This document shows positions 60,164 to 64,000 of a DNA stretch of 64,000 bases, piece by piece. The notes below the pieces were generated by a model. It was not told the origin of the DNA. It was given only the letters and a program-made list of their open reading frames with translations, and made no database searches. Source of the stretch: Eledone cirrhosa (lineage: Eukaryota); NCBI GenBank assembly GCA_964016885.1, contig OZ024743.1:29512001-29576000 (forward strand). The letters run 5' to 3'. Numbering within the stretch: the stretch's first letter is position 1; each line of letters starts with the position of its first letter. Made by a program: the position numbers and the translations under genes.

Positions 60164-62494
60164 ATAATATAAGATCAAAAGATGGTTAAAAGAGTTCCAA
60201 GTATTTTATTATGCGCATTTCAAAAACATATCACATCATAAGATGATATCTGCGTTTTAATCAGATAAAATAGGGATAAATGATATGAAGGTTAAAAAAC
60301 ACCTGTGAATAGTGAAGTTTTAAATCAACATATGAAAAATCATTTAAGATTGATGTGTGATATTGAGAAAAAATGAGGGGGTGGGGGTTGGAAAAAGGTA
60401 AGGAAGAGTAGGAGATGAGAGAAAGAAGGAAGAGAAATAGTAAGAAGAGAGGAGGAGAGATGGATGATAGAGAGAGATAGCCTTTACAACTGAGAAAAAA
60501 TATATATTGTCTCACAGAGAGAAGTTAAAAAGCCGTTGGAAGATAATAGATAATTTAAAAGAATTTGCAATTAAAAGTTGATGAAGAGAAAAAGGTGTTA
60601 AGAATACTATTAAATTAAGGTTTGTATATTGAAGGGTTTAATAATATGTGCGAGGAAAAGAAATTATTAATATGTATTATTAAAATAAAAATAAAAATAT
60701 TAATGTTATTATATAATGTGAAAAGAAGTAGAAGTATGGATGAATTTAAGAGGAATTATTTAGTGTTTAAGTTTGTTTTTATGTAATGTAATATGTGTGC
60801 GTAATATATGTACGTAAATAGTTTGTTTAAAAATGAGCGGAGAAAGCAAAGAAAAGAATGTTTAAGGAAGAAAATATCTAACATAAAAAAATATATATGT
60901 TTACGAAATATTTTCTAATGGTAATAATATAATATATTAAAAGAAATTAGTTGGGGTTTAAGTTTGTGTTTATGTATTGTAATATGTAAAAGTCAAACGA
61001 GCATGAAAAGAAGAGATAAGGAATTTAAGGAAGAAAAATCTCACGTAAAAAAAATGTTTATGTTTAAAGTTAATACTATAATGTATTAGATAATAATAAT
61101 TTTTCTGCTTGCATAAATTCCACAGAACCTTCCATAAAGTATACAGCTAATATCTAATACCTTACTAGTTTAAAATCCTTTTTCTCAAAGGCTTATAAAT
61201 TTTTTAGAAATATACCCATCTTTCTACCTTATTTCAATATTATTTATTATATATTATATAATACAAGTTACTCATTTAATATCATTCCTCTTTATCACTT
61301 TCCTTTCTTCCTCTTTTCTTTTTTCTTTTTAATTTCTAACCTCTAATCTGTACTTTTTCTTCTTAACTACTTCTCAATTCTTATTATTACTCACCACAAC
61401 ATTATCCATTCTTCCATCTGTCTTCATATCATTGGCCACAAGAATTATTATTATCTTTTTAATACATTATACTATTACCTTTAATAGTCCTTCGTAAACA
61501 TAAACATTTTTTTGACGTTAGATTTTTCTTCCTTAAATTCCTTATCTCTTCCTTTCATGGTCGTTCGACCTTTATATATTACAATAAATAAAAACAAACT
61601 TAAACCCTAACTAATTTCTTTTAATATATTATGTTATTACCATTAGAACATATTTCGTAAACATATATATTTTTTGATGTTAGATATTTTCTTCCTTAAA
61701 CATTCTTTTCTTCTTTGCTTTCTGCGGTCATTTTTAAACAAACTATTTACGTACATATATTACGCACACATATTACATTACATAAAAACAAACTTAAACA
61801 CTAACTAATTCCTCTAAATTCATAACTCATCCATTCTTCTACTTCCGTTCACATTATATCCTTAATAACATTAATATTTTTATTTTTATTTTAATAATAG
61901 ATATTAATAATTTCTCGCACATATTAATAATTTCTCGCACATATTATTAAACCCTTCAATATACAAACCTTAATTTAATATTATTCTTAACCCCTTTTTC
62001 TCTTCATCAACTTTTAATTTCAAATTCTTTTAAATTATCTATTATCTTCCAACGGCTTTTTAACTTCTCTCTGTGAGACAATATATATTTTTTCTCAGTT
62101 GTAAAGGCTATCTCTCTCTCTCTATCACCCATCTCTCCTCCTCTCTCATCCTTCCTTCTTATACTCCTCCCCCACCATTCTTTACTCCCATCTCCTCCTC
62201 TTCCTTACCTTTTCCAACCCCCTCACTTTTTCCCAATTTTTCATATGTTGATTTAAAACTTCACTATTCACAAGTGTTTTTTCACCTTCATATCATATAT
62301 CCCTATTATATCTGATGAAAACGCAGATATCATCTCATGATGATATTTGTTTTTGAAATGCGCATAATAAAATATTGGAACTCTTTTAATCATCTTCTGA
62401 TCTTATATTATTTATACTCCAGTCCTACAAACTGTAGAGTTCTACTTATCCGATATTTGCATTGCTTTATTGTGCTACAATAAAACTCACCTCC

Positions 62495-62500
<6 letters not shown>
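60164..62500. repeat. ~0.95-kb-arm inverted repeat (~60164-61102 / 61443-62411), PLE-derived, with a hammerhead in each arm
   Basis: Arms are diverged reverse complements. ttatat-CTGATGA-[aaac gcagatatcatc..gatgatatttgt tttt]-GAAA-tgcgca-TA-ataaaa at 62306-62372. Confidence 0.85.
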
Positions 62501-62532
<32 letters not shown>

Positions 62533-62679
62533 ATATATACATGATATAAGATGGTAGTCATACCGAGATCGAATATGACTATTGAATGACATTAGCTTTA
62601 GACCTCTGGATTCTGTGAATGGATACCGCTCATTATGCACTTTGATGTGCATTTTTAGGCCAGCAGCAGACTCTAATTC

Positions 62680-63360
62680 ATTGCCACAGTTTCTTCATGT
62701 CTTTGCTGTATTTCCGGCCATAGTAATTTGGTAATCGACAGGACCATCTGGGAAAATGGTCGTTCTTATCAACCTTGCTGAAGCAGGATATCTTACAGAT
62801 TTCGCATGTTAAAACCATTGACATCACTAGTTTATTACCCTTTCTGATATTCATTTTAAATTCTCATGTTGTACCCGAAATGTTTCAAAAACATTGGTTC
62901 CTTGATCGACCACCTTTCTCAGGTTACTTGCTTCACAGACTTCAGTTTCTGATTTTCAATATTGATGTTAGTACGTATAAGTGACTCTTTAAGACAGTCC
63001 TTCTATCTTTTGCTGGGATTCCAGTTCTCCGTACAGCATTCTCTTGCCAAGCCGTCTGTTATCCATGCACTCTATGTGACCACTCCATTTCAGCCTGTCA
63101 TTCAAAACTCATTTGTGGAACCTTTCAATGTGTCTTTAATGGTGTCTGTAAGTTACCCATGTTTCACCAACTTACAGTAATTATATGAGAGTACATGCAT
63201 TATGTACCTTTTCTTTCGTCTAGAGTTATATCCCATTTTGGGACCATAGACGCACCTCAAGCTTTCCCTTCATACTCTATGATTCAAGACCTGTTTAGAG
63301 GTGAACACACTTTTCTTCTACACCAAAGTTCTCTATATTGTTTTCCAGTCGCAGATCTTG
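62680..63360 (-). mobile_element. Highly degenerate RTE LINE 3' fragment
   Basis: Minus-strand remnants LKWSGH and KRMLYGEL match the RTE C-terminal L.W.GH..RM...R.PK..LYGEL motif. Confidence 0.55.
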
Positions 63361-64000
63361 TTTTCAATTAGTTAAGAAATAGAAAAAAAAACAAATGAAG
63401 ATTCACAGTATTTGATGTTGTAGACCTCTACTCATCAATATTGAAATCTACCATATAGGTGGGAGATAACGACCATGACGGATATTAGATGTGTTAGTGT
63501 GACTGTACACCCTGTTGATACTGGTTACTAAATTAACATATCGTAATTTATGACTATACAGAGACAATACCTCTGCACCTCATATAAATGCAAATGATAA
63601 CACAATTTAATGCTATAGATATAACTTAATAAACACCTCTTAGGATGATTGTGGCACAATTACTAATTTAGACATTCTATGAACCACAAATATCTTGTAA
63701 ACTCCAACAATATAGAAGTCCAATCAAGTTAACTTACATGAATGAGAACTCCAAACTTTATAGTCTAATACAAAAACATGTTAATCACAATAAAATATGA
63801 CATTTTATGAAATAGAGTCTATTATATTGAAGCAGCAAATAGGGCAAAACGAATGGATCCACTTCTTGAAAGGTGGGAGAAACTGGCTTCCATACCTAGA
63901 AAGCGTAAAACAACTAGTTTACCTCGACTTTCAGTATCATTGCAGGAATAAAGAGGTAATAATTATTTAGGACATGTGGAATTTGACATAGCCTGCTATG

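Overview
AT-rich animal genomic DNA, most likely octopus or another coleoid cephalopod (inferred from the SINE families and the dense (TA)n/(CA)n/(GA)n tracts). I could not support any host protein-coding gene, and most ORF-track entries are microsatellite artefacts. The window is a mosaic of retroelement modules, nearly all bounded by (TA)n tracts. LINEs: a near-intact 5'-truncated RTE (14674-17210), a decayed full-length Tx1/L1-clade element (~32908-38608) and RTE/Vingi 3' fragments. There are many tRNA-derived SINEs. Penelope-like elements (PLEs) are especially abundant, including a Naiad-type RT+GIY-YIG copy (28489-30540) and Neptune-type GIY-YIG copies. The hidden layer is RNA-structural: by eye I find more than 20 type I hammerhead ribozyme (HHR) motifs, intact or degenerate. 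They include a 523-bp tandem array with one HHR per unit (retrozyme-like, 53801-55509) and recurring non-canonical cores (CCGAAGA, UUGAAAA). About ten long fold-back inverted repeats are present, several turning inside a hammerhead. All structure calls were made by eye and need covariance-model and cleavage tests.
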